Virus record (IMG/VR): IMGVR_UViG_3300028920_000004
Location: 31,765-95,764 of that record
Direction: 5' to 3' (one strand)
Length of the DNA: 64,000 bases
Source: a virus
Position 1 is the first letter of the stretch. Each line of letters begins with the position of its first letter. A model generated the notes under the pieces. The model had not been told where the DNA came from, searched no databases, and saw only the letters and a list, made by a program, of their open reading frames with translations. Shown piece after piece: positions 9,807 through 20,417 of the stretch. A program made the position numbers and the translations under genes.

Positions 9807-10459
9807 TATATTTCCTTTGGATAATTAAAAGTCTTAAAATCTTCTTTATACCAAGCTATGATAGTTGATTTTTTCATTTCGTTATTATACAATTCTTTAT
9901 AATTTTTGTTTTTAGATTCTCTAATTTTAGGTAATTCTTTTATAATTATATTTGCATTTCTAAACGTCAATCTTAATCCATAATTAAAATCTAATTCAAA
10001 CTTAATAATTTTATTTATTTTAAATTCTTCTACAATATGACTTTGAATATAAGAATGAGCATCTTTATTGTAAATTCCTCTCGGCAAATAAGTATGTAAA
10101 AATTTTAAAAAACTAATACCTTCTTCCCAATCTTTCCTATATATTCCATAATTGGCTATTGTAGGAACTTTTTTTCCTCTAAATTTTTCTATTTTTTCAG
10201 GAGTTGACTGAATTTTATCAAGATATAAAGAAGCAATTCTGGTATAGGGATTTCTCACAACTATAAATTTTTTATAATCTGAAGGAATATCTTTAGCATT
10301 TATTAATAAATGCCTGGTAGAATCATGAATGTTATTTTCTTTTATTTCTAATCCCATACTATTTGCTATAATAAATTTAATAGTAGAACTACCAGCTTTT
10401 CCATTTACAATATATGCTAATTTACTATTAGGTATTAATATTGCTTTTATAGGTAACAT
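9806..10459 (-). CDS. Sulfotransferase family 2 protein
   Basis: VNGKAGSSTIK, VRNPYTRIASLY, H..Q, YKEDFKTFNY. Confidence 0.85.
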   Translation of the reverse strand: MLPIKAILIPNSKLAYIVNGKAGSSTIKFIIANSMGLEIKENNIHDSTRHLLINAKDIPSDYKKFIVVRNPYTRIASLYLDKIQSTPEKIEKFRGKKVPTIANYGIYRKDWEEGISFLKFLHTYLPRGIYNKDAHSYIQSHIVEEFKINKIIKFELDFNYGLRLTFRNANIIIKELPKIRESKNKNYKELYNNEMKKSTIIAWYKEDFKTFNYPKEI

Positions 10460-10869
10460 TATATGATTTTTCCTTTAAAATAAATAGATTCTAAATTTTT
10501 ATCTGAAGAAATTATTTTTCGTCTTAAAAGTTCTTCCTTTAATTTTAGCATCCCATAATTTTTTCCTATTTTTTTAATTTTCTTTATTTTAGTTGTTTTT
10601 CCTATTTTTGTATTTACATTATCTACTTTAAAAGATAATTGAGTATTTTTATTTATTCTATTTTTAAGTGTTTTAAGCTTATGTTTTAATAATAAAATTC
10701 GAACTTCATAATTATCAAAAGAAGGAATTTCAAAATAATTAACATATAAATTTTTTATTGGCTTTCTAAATATGTCAATACTTTCTACATAACCTATAAC
10801 CTTTCTTCTATAAATCAATTCGCATATTCTTATATCTTCATCTATATCTGCTCTTTTATATCTTCTCAT
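10459..10869 (-). CDS. Hypothetical basic protein
   Basis: ORF abutting neighbours within the operon. Confidence 0.5.
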   Translation of the reverse strand: MRRYKRADIDEDIRICELIYRRKVIGYVESIDIFRKPIKNLYVNYFEIPSFDNYEVRILLLKHKLKTLKNRINKNTQLSFKVDNVNTKIGKTTKIKKIKKIGKNYGMLKLKEELLRRKIISSDKNLESIYFKGKII

Positions 10870-10870
10870 T

Positions 10871-11650
10871 TTAATTCCTTTCTTTTAATTGTCCATTATG
10901 ATTTACTATATAAAATTTATTTACTTTCCAATTTATCTTAAAATATTTTAAATGTCTATTTCTTTTTCTTAATTTAGCATATTCAGAAGAAGGTAATTTA
11001 TGATTGTGTAATATTTTCATATCTGGACAATGACATATTCTTTGTTCATGAAGTTTACACTTTAAGAAATAATCAGCATGTTCGCCTCCAGAAATTTTTG
11101 TATCTTCATTCCAAGAATAAAGCAAAGCTTTAGTAGCTATCCAAAAATTAGGAACATAATCACAATAATAAAATTTAGTTTCTGGAGTTTCTTCCCATTT
11201 TTTACCTACATATTCTATGGGTATTCTTATAAATAAATTATATTCTGGTTCATATATAAATATACCTTCCCATTCTTGAACTTTTCCATTAGGTCTTGTA
11301 ATTTTACCACCTACTATATCTGCTACCCCTCTTTTTAATAAAGATTTTCCTATTTTTAAACTATCATCTTGAAATATAAAATCATCTTCCACAATAACAA
11401 TATATTTTTGCTTAACTTTATCCAAAAGAAAATTTCTAGCATATGGAAGACCGCAATCAAAAGGAACTTTATAATAATTTACAAAATTTCTTTCATATAA
11501 TTCAGTATCTATCTCTTTATTTTGGTCAGCGACATATATATGAATATCAGGATAAAATTTACTAATACTTTCTATACATTCCTTTATTGCTTTAGGTCTT
11601 AATATTGTAGTTAAAGTTATTGCAGTATCTTTCATTTTAATCCTCCTCAA
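10871..11650 (-). CDS. Glycosyltransferase family 2
   Basis: TTILRP, VADQ, PFDCGLPYARNFL, IVEDD, WNEDTKISGGEHAD. Confidence 0.85.
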   Translation of the reverse strand: MRRIKMKDTAITLTTILRPKAIKECIESISKFYPDIHIYVADQNKEIDTELYERNFVNYYKVPFDCGLPYARNFLLDKVKQKYIVIVEDDFIFQDDSLKIGKSLLKRGVADIVGGKITRPNGKVQEWEGIFIYEPEYNLFIRIPIEYVGKKWEETPETKFYYCDYVPNFWIATKALLYSWNEDTKISGGEHADYFLKCKLHEQRICHCPDMKILHNHKLPSSEYAKLRKRNRHLKYFKINWKVNKFYIVNHNGQLKERN

Positions 11651-12293
11651 ACCAATTCCAAGATTTCATATCTCCTTTAAAATTAGGTTTAAAATAAGGG
11701 TCATCTGGAAAATAATCTTTAAGGGTTTCTATATCATACCATCCAGTTGTTAATTTAGGTAATTTTTTATTTTTTCTTTTCTTTACAAAACCTACGATAT
11801 TATATCTTATTCTTTTAAATCTGCCATTTCTTACATCAAACCCTGTTAATATTAAATTATACATCAAACTTCCAATATTCCAACCTGTAGAAATATGTCC
11901 TCCTACTATATTGTTTTTATATGGAGGTACTATCACAAAAAATATACCATTATCATTTAAAAGATTATATATTTTATTCAAAAATATTCCAGTATCTTGT
12001 ATATGTTCCATAACATGAGAAGCGAGAATGGCATCAAATTTTTTATTAAATTTGTAAGTCATAAAATCGCCTTTAATAAAATGATAGTTAGGGTGGTTAT
12101 AATTAAAATGCTTAGTAATATCTATAGAATAAAGTTCTTTATTATTTTTTGTAAAAAATTTAGTAATATCTGTATGTTTACCAGTGCCTATATCTAAAAT
12201 ACTGTTAAAATTATAAGTAAGAATTTTATTAAAAATTTCTATCATATCTCTTTTTTTTATATTCTTTATATTTGACATCATAATTCCTTCCAT
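11637..12293 (-). CDS. Class I SAM-dependent methyltransferase
   Basis: ILDIGTG, FDAILASHVMEH, LNDNGIFFVIVP. Confidence 0.85.
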   Translation of the reverse strand: MEGIMMSNIKNIKKRDMIEIFNKILTYNFNSILDIGTGKHTDITKFFTKNNKELYSIDITKHFNYNHPNYHFIKGDFMTYKFNKKFDAILASHVMEHIQDTGIFLNKIYNLLNDNGIFFVIVPPYKNNIVGGHISTGWNIGSLMYNLILTGFDVRNGRFKRIRYNIVGFVKKRKNKKLPKLTTGWYDIETLKDYFPDDPYFKPNFKGDMKSWNWFEED

Positions 12294-12391
12294 ATTAATC
12301 CACTTCCATACTTCTGCAAATAATTAAAGAATTCTATTTATATAATTTCCATTTGATAAAGATTTTTTAATACTTACCCAATAATTTTTCA

Positions 12392-12919
12392 TCATATTAT
12401 CTTATTATCCTCTAAATATTTTATTACTTTATTTGTAGATTCTTCTATAGTTTCTGTTTCAGTATCACATATAATTTCAGGATTTTTAGGGGCTTCATAT
12501 GGGTCATCAAATCCAGTAAAGCCTTTAATTTTACCTTTTAATGCTTTTTTCCACATTCCTTTAACATCTCTTTTTATACATTCTTTTACAGAGGCTTTGA
12601 CAAAAACTTCGACAAAATTTGTAACATTATTTCTTATATTCTCTCTTGTTTTTGCATAAGGACTTACAAATGAAGCAATTACTACTACTCCATTTCTTGA
12701 TAAAAGTTTAGATACAAAATTTATTCTATTTATATTTTTATCTCTATCCTCTTTAGAAAATCCCAAATCATTACTTAATTTTCCTTTTCTTACTATATCC
12801 CCATCTAATCGTTCTACTCTTTTTCCTCTGTTATATAGTTCTTTAGCCAATTCATCTGCTATTGAACTTTTTCCTGAACAAGGAATTCCAGTAAACCAAA
12901 CTACACATCCTTTTTTCAT
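12392..12919 (-). CDS. cysC: Adenylyl-sulfate (APS) kinase
   Basis: WFTGIPCSGKS, LDGDIVR, LGFSKEDR, SFVSPY, RDVKG, FTGFDDPYEAP. Confidence 0.97.
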   Translation of the reverse strand: MKKGCVVWFTGIPCSGKSSIADELAKELYNRGKRVERLDGDIVRKGKLSNDLGFSKEDRDKNINRINFVSKLLSRNGVVVIASFVSPYAKTRENIRNNVTNFVEVFVKASVKECIKRDVKGMWKKALKGKIKGFTGFDDPYEAPKNPEIICDTETETIEESTNKVIKYLEDNKII

Positions 12920-12935
12920 AAAAGGTCTCCTTAAA

Positions 12936-13883
12936 TTATATTTTATTTATTATAGTAGCAATTAGATATACAATAGAAAATCCCAAAATTGGAGACATTA
13001 TCCAAGTTAAAAAACATTTTTTAATAGTTTTTATTCCTAATTTCTTTATACCTTTTCCTCTATTAGCTACCCCAAATCCAAAAACTGCAAAAGAATTTAA
13101 TTGTACTAAAGATTGAGGAAGACCTATCAAAGATGCACTAATTAATAAACTACCTGTTACTAAACTTATAATACCTGCCGATATTAAATCTAATTGTGTA
13201 ACTTTTTTTCCTATAGACTGTAAATTTCCTTTGCCTAAAACAAATCCTCCTATTCCAAAAAAAGGAGCAAGTATAAAAGTCGCTAATTTACTTGTCATAA
13301 TTTGTGCTCCTGCAAAAACACCTGAAGCATTAGCTACATTATTAGACCCTATGCTAAAAGCAGTATAACAACTTGTAAGTATATCCCAAAATTTAATAGA
13401 ATTATGTTTAAAGTCTTTTATTTTTGGATAAATAAATTTACCACATAAAAAAGTAATTAAAAAAGCAGAAAAAGGTAACACTATCCATAAAGGAATCATT
13501 CTTTGAAAAATTTCCCATTTAACTGCATTATGATAAGCTCCATACCCTACAATACTAAAAACTGTAATTTGACTTGTAGAGGCTGGTATTTTAAATAAAT
13601 TAGCTAAAAATAAAGCAATAGTAGTTCCAGTAAAAATGATTAATGCACTTTTTATGTTCAATAATTCTGGATTTATTAATCCTTTACTGATTACTTTCAC
13701 TACTCTAAATCCTAATAAATAAGCCCCTAATAATACAAATATTGCAAATAAAATAGAAGCTTTTTTTCTTGATATTATCCCTCCTCCATATTCTGCTGAA
13801 AAAGTAGGAGCAATACCAGACCCTCCCATATTAACTGCAAATAAAATTCCTAAAAATATTAAACCTATTACTAATAAATTCAT
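12936..13883 (-). CDS. PiT-family inorganic anion transporter (phosphate, or sulfate as in CysP)
   Basis: Multi-pass membrane protein; repeats NMGGSGIAP / IGSNNVANA and PASTSQ / PQSLVQ. Confidence 0.85.
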   Translation of the reverse strand: MNLLVIGLIFLGILFAVNMGGSGIAPTFSAEYGGGIISRKKASILFAIFVLLGAYLLGFRVVKVISKGLINPELLNIKSALIIFTGTTIALFLANLFKIPASTSQITVFSIVGYGAYHNAVKWEIFQRMIPLWIVLPFSAFLITFLCGKFIYPKIKDFKHNSIKFWDILTSCYTAFSIGSNNVANASGVFAGAQIMTSKLATFILAPFFGIGGFVLGKGNLQSIGKKVTQLDLISAGIISLVTGSLLISASLIGLPQSLVQLNSFAVFGFGVANRGKGIKKLGIKTIKKCFLTWIMSPILGFSIVYLIATIINKI

Positions 13884-13900
13884 AAATTCTCCATTATAAT

Positions 13901-14539
13901 TTAAAGTTTTTTTATTTTCGGAAAAATTTCTAAAGCCAATTTAAGAATCATATATGGACTATAATGATTCATGTTTAATAAATATTTTTTTATATTTTGC
14001 TTATCCATTAATATAGTAGGATTAAGAAACTCAGTATTTAAATTATTATGACAATATTCATCTAAAGTTTGTATCATTTTTGTTCTTGAAGGTTTATTGT
14101 ATATATTATGATTACTCACAAACAATATAGGTTTATTATCTAACAATTTATGAATTTTTTTTAATTTGGCTACATAATTATCAGAATAAACTTTTTTATA
14201 TTTAGTATGTTTATAAAATTTAGGAAAAGGAGATAAATAATAACCATGTTCGCACAAATAATTAGTAACTCCGCTAATCTCTATTATATATTTATCTATT
14301 TTATTAATAGGAATAGTTATTTTTTTTGTTTTAATACATTCTAAATTTCCACTCCGTTTATTTATAATATCCTTATGATTAGGTCTAATACCTTTTAAAA
14401 TTTCTATAGCTTGAATAATTTGTTCTAACGTATGCAAATGCGGTAAAATCATATATAATTCCATAGAAGTATCTTTACATCGTCTATATACTCTGGTTGG
14501 ATTTTTTACTCTGCAACTTCCAATAGTTAATATTTTCAT
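13901..14539 (-). CDS. Hypothetical protein, possibly SGNH-like (glycan-modifying)
   Basis: N-terminal IGSCR and C-terminal NHY, resembling SGNH blocks I and V. Confidence 0.4.
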   Translation of the reverse strand: MKILTIGSCRVKNPTRVYRRCKDTSMELYMILPHLHTLEQIIQAIEILKGIRPNHKDIINKRSGNLECIKTKKITIPINKIDKYIIEISGVTNYLCEHGYYLSPFPKFYKHTKYKKVYSDNYVAKLKKIHKLLDNKPILFVSNHNIYNKPSRTKMIQTLDEYCHNNLNTEFLNPTILMDKQNIKKYLLNMNHYSPYMILKLALEIFPKIKKL

Positions 14540-15180
14540 TAATTCTTTTCATCCTCTATATTAAAAGGTATTACTAAATTTGCTAAAGATTTGCTCTGGC
14601 ATACACTATTATATTCTCTTTCCACTACATATTTCCTAAATTTATTTTCGGGATTTTCTTTTCCTCTATTAGCTCTAAATTTAAAAGTATCTTCAGGATT
14701 TCCATCTAGATAAACCCCATAATCAAATAAATTACCATATAAAGCATATAACCCTTCTACTATTAAAAGGTCAATATTTTTAGAGTTACAAATAGAAAAT
14801 TCAATACTATCTATATACATATGTATTCTTTGAATATATAATTTCTTTTCATTATTTTTAAAATTCTTTAATACTTTATTAAATTTCTCCCACATTATTT
14901 CTTCTTTACCTATTATATCAGTTTCTTTTCTAACTTTATTTCTTATATGCCAATTAGTCTTATAATAATCATCTAGATGTAATACCTTATTTTTAATATT
15001 ATATTTTTTATATAACTGTTCTTGAATAACATAAGCACATTCTGTTTTTCCAGTTCCGCTTACTCCTGTAATAGCTAATATAAATTTACTGTCTTTTTTA
15101 TATTTTTTAAGAACTTCCGCTAAAATAATTTCTGCTTTTTTTTCATGCAAAGGTAATATATTTACTCTATCTCCAATCAT
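14539..15180 (-). CDS. P-loop kinase, uridine kinase/PRK-like
   Basis: AITGVSGTGKT, HLDDYY, IVEGLYAL. Confidence 0.8.
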   Translation of the reverse strand: MIGDRVNILPLHEKKAEIILAEVLKKYKKDSKFILAITGVSGTGKTECAYVIQEQLYKKYNIKNKVLHLDDYYKTNWHIRNKVRKETDIIGKEEIMWEKFNKVLKNFKNNEKKLYIQRIHMYIDSIEFSICNSKNIDLLIVEGLYALYGNLFDYGVYLDGNPEDTFKFRANRGKENPENKFRKYVVEREYNSVCQSKSLANLVIPFNIEDEKN

Positions 15181-15194
15181 CTTATCCTCACTTT

Positions 15195-15350
15195 TTAGAC
15201 AAATTCATATTTTCCATTACCTACATATTTTCTTTCATATTTTTTTTGACAAAAAGGACAATTAAATTTACCTTCACCTATCATTTTAACCACAAATATA
15301 TGTCCACATTCACAATTTATAGTTATAGTATTATATCTTTTATTTTCCAT
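15195..15350 (-). CDS. Small zinc-ribbon protein (51 aa, below the ORF-track cutoff)
   Basis: MENKRYNTITINCECGH...NCPFCQK... Confidence 0.6.
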   Translation of the reverse strand: MENKRYNTITINCECGHIFVVKMIGEGKFNCPFCQKKYERKYVGNGKYEFV

Positions 15351-15702
15351 TATTTTTTCTCCTTATTTCGGTAGCACTAATTGATTCTGTTTCTTTATCC
15401 AATTTAATTTCATTTATGCCCCAACCAACTTTTCTTCCATGGCAAACTTCTTTAATATCTGGAAGAGTAACATATTTAACCCTTCCGCTTTTAATTTCTT
15501 CCCTAAATTCTTTTCTTATCATTTCAACTCTTTCTCTAACAGTATAAGGATTTTTATCATCTATTTTAGTATCTCTTATTCCTATACAAACTTTTCCATT
15601 TTTATTTAAAACAGTTCTTATTAATTGTATATGTCCAGCGTGAAGCGGTTGCCATCTCCCAATAAATAAACTATATTCTCCTGTAAAATTATTATTAGAC
15701 AT
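15340..15702 (-). CDS. Minimal HxGH-superfamily nucleotidyltransferase (cytidylyltransferase-like)
   Basis: IGRWQPLHAGH, NPYT..ER, ISATEIR. Confidence 0.85.
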   Translation of the reverse strand: MSNNNFTGEYSLFIGRWQPLHAGHIQLIRTVLNKNGKVCIGIRDTKIDDKNPYTVRERVEMIRKEFREEIKSGRVKYVTLPDIKEVCHGRKVGWGINEIKLDKETESISATEIRRKNNGK

Positions 15703-15704
15703 AA

Positions 15705-15920
15705 TTAAAATCCTTTCTTAGTTCCTTTTCTTAAATCTAATATTATAGTTGAAAAATAATAATAGTCTTCTTCAAAATGTTTTTTAGCATGTTCGATTGA
15801 AAAATTTCTTAATTCTTTAAGTGCTAATAATTGTGCTTCTTCTGTAGCCTCATATTTTATGATAAATACTTCTCCACAACCTGTACAAGTTCTAATTACT
15901 AAATTCATATATTTTTCCAT
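15705..15920 (-). CDS. Small hypothetical protein (CxxC)
   Basis: CTGCG; in operon. Confidence 0.5.
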   Translation of the reverse strand: MEKYMNLVIRTCTGCGEVFIIKYEATEEAQLLALKELRNFSIEHAKKHFEEDYYYFSTIILDLRKGTKKGF

Positions 15921-15943
15921 AAGCTCTCACTTTTTTAAAATCA

Positions 15944-17365
15944 CTAATCTAATTCTATAAGTTGTATATCTTCAGGAATATTATCAAATCTATGTAAAAT
16001 GAGTATTAATTGAAATGGAAACTCATTAAAAATTTTAAGAATATAATCCAAATTAGATTTATCTAAACTACCTAAACCTTCATCAGCAATAATTAATCCA
16101 TCTTCTCCTCGTTCCATCAATAACGCTAATTTGAAAGCTATTTGTAATATTAATTTTTCCCCTGTAGACAAATCTTTATAATTAAATTGAACTTCTTCTT
16201 TGGTTAATAATACATTAAATTTTCCTTTTTCATTCACTTCAAAAGATACTTTAAAATTTATTTTATTTAGAATTTTATTTATAATAGGTTCCAATACTTT
16301 AATACTTTCTGTTAAATAATAAGAAGAAAAATTATCGAGTTCTTTAATTGCCCTACTTACTATTTCTACATCTTTAGTTGTATATTTATATTTTTTTTCA
16401 TTAGGATTTCTTTCTAGTTTAGATAATAATCTCTCTAAATTATCTTCTTTGGTTTCCAATTTTTTTACTTTCTTTTCATATTGGACAATAATATCTAACA
16501 TTGTTTCATTGTCTTTTACTTTACTTTCTAATCTTGGTACTATTTCTTTTATTTTCTTTTCAAATTTTTGGATAATATCAGTTTTAAGTTCCTCTGTTAT
16601 TTCTTGTTCGCATACATAACAAACATCTAAAGATTCTAATTTATCTATTCTAGATTCAAAATATTCAATGCTATTTTCTAACTTGCCTATTTTTTTTGTA
16701 TTCTTATTAGATTTATTTTCTAAATTCTCTACTTTATCTTTTAAAGTTTCTATTTTATATTGTATTTTATCATAAGCAGTTTTTAATATACTTTTTCTTT
16801 TTTCTGAATAATAATGTATATTTTTAACCAAATTATCTTTATTAAAGATTTCCCTTTGTCTTTTAATTTCCCTAAGATTATCTCTAATTTTCTTTATTCT
16901 TTTTTCATTAAGAGAAAATATAATATTTTTTAAAGCGGTTTGTCCTTGTTCCAAAAAATTAGATTCTTTACTATAAGCATCTATAACCCTAAATTGTTGA
17001 AATTGTTCTCTATCTCCGAGCAAATCATCTATAAAATATTGAGCTTCTCTATTAGTAATAAATTTTAATAACTCTTCATTCTTATATATTTCTAATTTAG
17101 TAGGGTATTTTCTAATAATTTTATATATATCTTTATCTTTCCTTATAGTATGTTCTGTCATACAAGATTTGGCTATATTTCTTGTAGGAAGGTCTCCTAA
17201 TGAATTTGCCATAGAATATCCCCAAATCCCAAACAAAACTGATGATAGAGCAAGTGTGCTCTTACCAGACCCATTAGAACCTGTTATTAAGACGTTTTTT
17301 TCCCATTTTTGGGCTTTTTTCTCAAATTTCTTGAAATTTTCTAAATAAGTATGTTTTAAATACAT
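15944..17365 (-). CDS. Rad50/SbcC-like SMC ATPase (gp46-like)
   Basis: Walker A GSNGSGKST, coiled coil with Zn-hook CYVC, signature LSTGEK, Walker B/D-loop DEGLGSLD. Confidence 0.92.
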   Translation of the reverse strand: MYLKHTYLENFKKFEKKAQKWEKNVLITGSNGSGKSTLALSSVLFGIWGYSMANSLGDLPTRNIAKSCMTEHTIRKDKDIYKIIRKYPTKLEIYKNEELLKFITNREAQYFIDDLLGDREQFQQFRVIDAYSKESNFLEQGQTALKNIIFSLNEKRIKKIRDNLREIKRQREIFNKDNLVKNIHYYSEKRKSILKTAYDKIQYKIETLKDKVENLENKSNKNTKKIGKLENSIEYFESRIDKLESLDVCYVCEQEITEELKTDIIQKFEKKIKEIVPRLESKVKDNETMLDIIVQYEKKVKKLETKEDNLERLLSKLERNPNEKKYKYTTKDVEIVSRAIKELDNFSSYYLTESIKVLEPIINKILNKINFKVSFEVNEKGKFNVLLTKEEVQFNYKDLSTGEKLILQIAFKLALLMERGEDGLIIADEGLGSLDKSNLDYILKIFNEFPFQLILILHRFDNIPEDIQLIELD

Positions 17366-17676
17366 ATTTTATCCTATAGCTATAATGGACATTACATAAA
17401 AAATTATCACAAATATTATTAAAATAGTTACTAATTTTAAATTAGCAGTAGTATATAATAGCAAAAGAAAAAGAAAACTTCCAATGCCAAAAATAATTTG
17501 TCCTACCAATCCTACTAAATTAAGAGTGGTCATTTTTAAGCCTATTCCAAAATAATATCCATTTGGTTTGTATTCTAAAAATAAAAATCCAAAATTTAAT
17601 ATAATATCTTCCAAATATATTTTGTTTTCTATAAAATTTTTTAAAATGGTCGCTAATAGATTCTATTAATTTAATT

Positions 17677-17997
17677 TTATCTCTCATCTCCATTTCCTTT
17701 TATTTTTCCTCTTACTTTTCTTGAAGCAAGTTTCTTAATATTTTCCTTCATTAATTCTTCATAATCTAATCCTAATGTTTCACATAAAACTGCTAAATAC
17801 CAAGTACAATCCGCTATTTCTCTTCCAATCTGAATGGTAGGAACTGAACCATAATCTCCTCTAAGCCATTTCTTAACTTTTTCTGCAATTTCTCCTGCCT
17901 CTCCACAAACTCCTAAAGTTAATCTAGGAACAAGGTCATAAGTATTATTTGGAAATAAAGTATCTAAAGCTTTCTTCTGATATTCTTTAAATGTCAT
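17677..17997 (-). CDS. MazG-like nucleoside-triphosphate pyrophosphohydrolase
   Basis: GEAGEIAEKVKK...EIADCTWY...NIKKLASR. Confidence 0.9.
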   Translation of the reverse strand: MTFKEYQKKALDTLFPNNTYDLVPRLTLGVCGEAGEIAEKVKKWLRGDYGSVPTIQIGREIADCTWYLAVLCETLGLDYEELMKENIKKLASRKVRGKIKGNGDER

Positions 17998-18286
17998 ATT
18001 AATCTCCTTTACTCCATTCTCCTATTATCCAAATAGGAACTTTAGTTGGAATTTTATTTTGCACTTTAAGAAAATCTATAAATTCATAATAATGGTCTTT
18101 TCCCATATATTGAATTAATATATCTTGAGTTATTAAAAATTGTTTCATTTTGTTATCCTTTTTCTTATAATCTTCCAAAAAGCCAAGCAAATTCTTCTTT
18201 TGTATATTCTCTTAAAAATTTATTATTTATATAAATATTTATATTCATATTATAAGGATTTTTCATTATTTTTAATCTTTCCATAC

Positions 18287-19225
18287 TCATAGCCTCAGAC
18301 CCATTCTTTTTATAGAAGTTCTTAAATATGGATTATTAATATTATCAAAATTCAATTTTTGTAACCATCTATGATTACAATTTTTTTCTAAACAATAACA
18401 TTCGTTAGTAATTTCATCATATTGTATAAATGGACTTCCACAATTAGGACACTTTTCAATAGTCATATTGTACCTCTCCAATTTTTAACCATAAAATAAA
18501 ATTATAAATTTTATCATCACCCACAAATTCTAGCATTGTATCAAAGATTTTATTTCTCATCGTTCTTTACCTTTGCCTTATTTCTTTTCACAGTAGTAAC
18601 ATAATCAGGATTTAATTTGTAATATCCCTTTCCAGTACGCACTATAAATTCCTCTTCATAAAGCAATTTAAATATTCTATTAATTTGTCCATCTAAAGAT
18701 TCTTTTGACCATTTAAGTCCACAATCTTTATGATGTTGAACAATCCATCTATCATACTCTTTGGTTGGATTTTTTAAGAAAACTTTAAATATTACTTGTG
18801 CATTTATATATAGGCTACATGTTTTACACTTTTTCAAAAATATTTGACTTTGTTTATGTTCTAATTCACTTTCTTTTTCTCTTAGTTTATCTATTTCCCT
18901 TTGAAGCTTAAAATATTTCTGTATTTTATTTTTACTCATTTTCTATCTCCTTACATTTATCACAAATATTTAATTCCTGTTCTATTTCCCATCCTTCAGA
19001 AACATTCTTATTTATAACTTTTCCATTAGTTCTTCCTAATTTATTTTCAGTTTCTAACCAATTTATAAATTCTTGTCTTTCTTTTTGAACTTTAAAAGTT
19101 TTATAATATTTACCTTTCTGCCTATAAAGAGCGTAACAAACAATATAATATTTTCTTTCTCTTTTCTTTATTATTTTTTTATTCATACGTTTGGAAGGTT
19201 TATTACAACTATCACATATAAACAT
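18287..19225 (-). other. Cluster of three small hypothetical ORFs (18287-18481, 18550-18939, 18932-19225), several with CxxC zinc motifs
   Basis: ORF track; tightly packed with overlaps. Confidence 0.55.
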
Positions 19226-20115
19226 TATATTTCCTCCATCTGACTTTTTAGAAGTTCTCTTACATCCTTATCCTTAATTTTATTTATTTTTTTAATAAAA
19301 AGCTTTTTAAAATTTATATTTTCTTTATTAGCTTTATTAAATTTAGAGATAATATTAAAATCTAATTTTATTTTAAATTCAGCAAATTTATTTTTAAATT
19401 CTTTTACTTTTTTAATTTCATTTTTATAAATACCAAAATCTTGTATAACTACTTTTACTTTACTTTTTTCTTTATTTTTTATTTTCTGTAATTGTTCTTC
19501 CGCATAATTCGGAATTTCACAAGTATTTATTTGATATATAAGATAAGGAGTTTTTAAAGGAACTTCTTTTAATTTATTTTTATTTAGGAGAAAAACTTTT
19601 TTATGAGTACCTTCCAATTCACTAAAAGATATATAACGAACTGACCCTGGATGATACATTTTATCTTTCAATAATTCTTGGTAAATATGTTGATGTCCTA
19701 AGAAAACCTTATTATATTTCCTTAATTCTTTTACTGTTCTTTCATAGGTTCCATATTCTTTTTTAGATTTATTAGTCATAAAATGAGCATACAAATTATT
19801 GTCTTTATCTATATATTCTTTAATTACTTTGATTCCCACGCATTTTAAATATTCAATAGCAGAAAAACCCATACTTTCATCATGATTGCCTACAATAAAA
19901 ATTACATCTTTAAAAACTTTCTTAAATCGCCTTGCCCATTTCAAACCAAAAGAATATTCTTTAGGAGTAGGATTTTTCTTATTAAAATAATCACCAAGCA
20001 TTATCATAGTTTGAGCTTTATTTTTCTTACCTATTTGAACAATTTCTATAAAAATTTGCTCAAGTTCTTTTAATGCTTTTTCTTCTATATGAGGGTCAGT
20101 CCAAATAAATTTCAT
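19225..20115 (-). CDS. Mre11/SbcD-like nuclease (gp47-like)
   Basis: TDPH, LGD, GNHD, LGHQH, PGS motifs; close to the Rad50-like gene. Confidence 0.9.
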   Translation of the reverse strand: MKFIWTDPHIEEKALKELEQIFIEIVQIGKKNKAQTMIMLGDYFNKKNPTPKEYSFGLKWARRFKKVFKDVIFIVGNHDESMGFSAIEYLKCVGIKVIKEYIDKDNNLYAHFMTNKSKKEYGTYERTVKELRKYNKVFLGHQHIYQELLKDKMYHPGSVRYISFSELEGTHKKVFLLNKNKLKEVPLKTPYLIYQINTCEIPNYAEEQLQKIKNKEKSKVKVVIQDFGIYKNEIKKVKEFKNKFAEFKIKLDFNIISKFNKANKENINFKKLFIKKINKIKDKDVRELLKSQMEEI

Positions 20116-20405
20116 TATTTTTTTTCTTTATTTTTTGTAGTTATTGATATGCCAAGTTTTTTAGCTTCTTCTATTGCTTTATTTACTGCATCTAATTGAA
20201 TCTGTAAAGTTTCTAGTTCTAGGTCAAATTGTTTCTGATTTTCCTCATGTTGTTTTTTAAATCCTGCCATTCTTCTTTCTATGACAGTCCTATTAGTCAA
20301 AAGTAGAGAAATATCTATCTCTTGAGTGCTGGTAGTAATAACTCTTAATTTACCATCTTTGGTTTTACCATAAGTTCTTTTAGTAGTAGGTTTTTTCATG
20401 TTCAC
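20115..20405 (-). CDS. Hypothetical coiled-coil protein
   Basis: ORF with upstream GGAGG. Confidence 0.55.
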   Translation of the reverse strand: MNMKKPTTKRTYGKTKDGKLRVITTSTQEIDISLLLTNRTVIERRMAGFKKQHEENQKQFDLELETLQIQLDAVNKAIEEAKKLGISITTKNKEKK

Positions 20406-20417
20406 TTCTTCCTCCTT

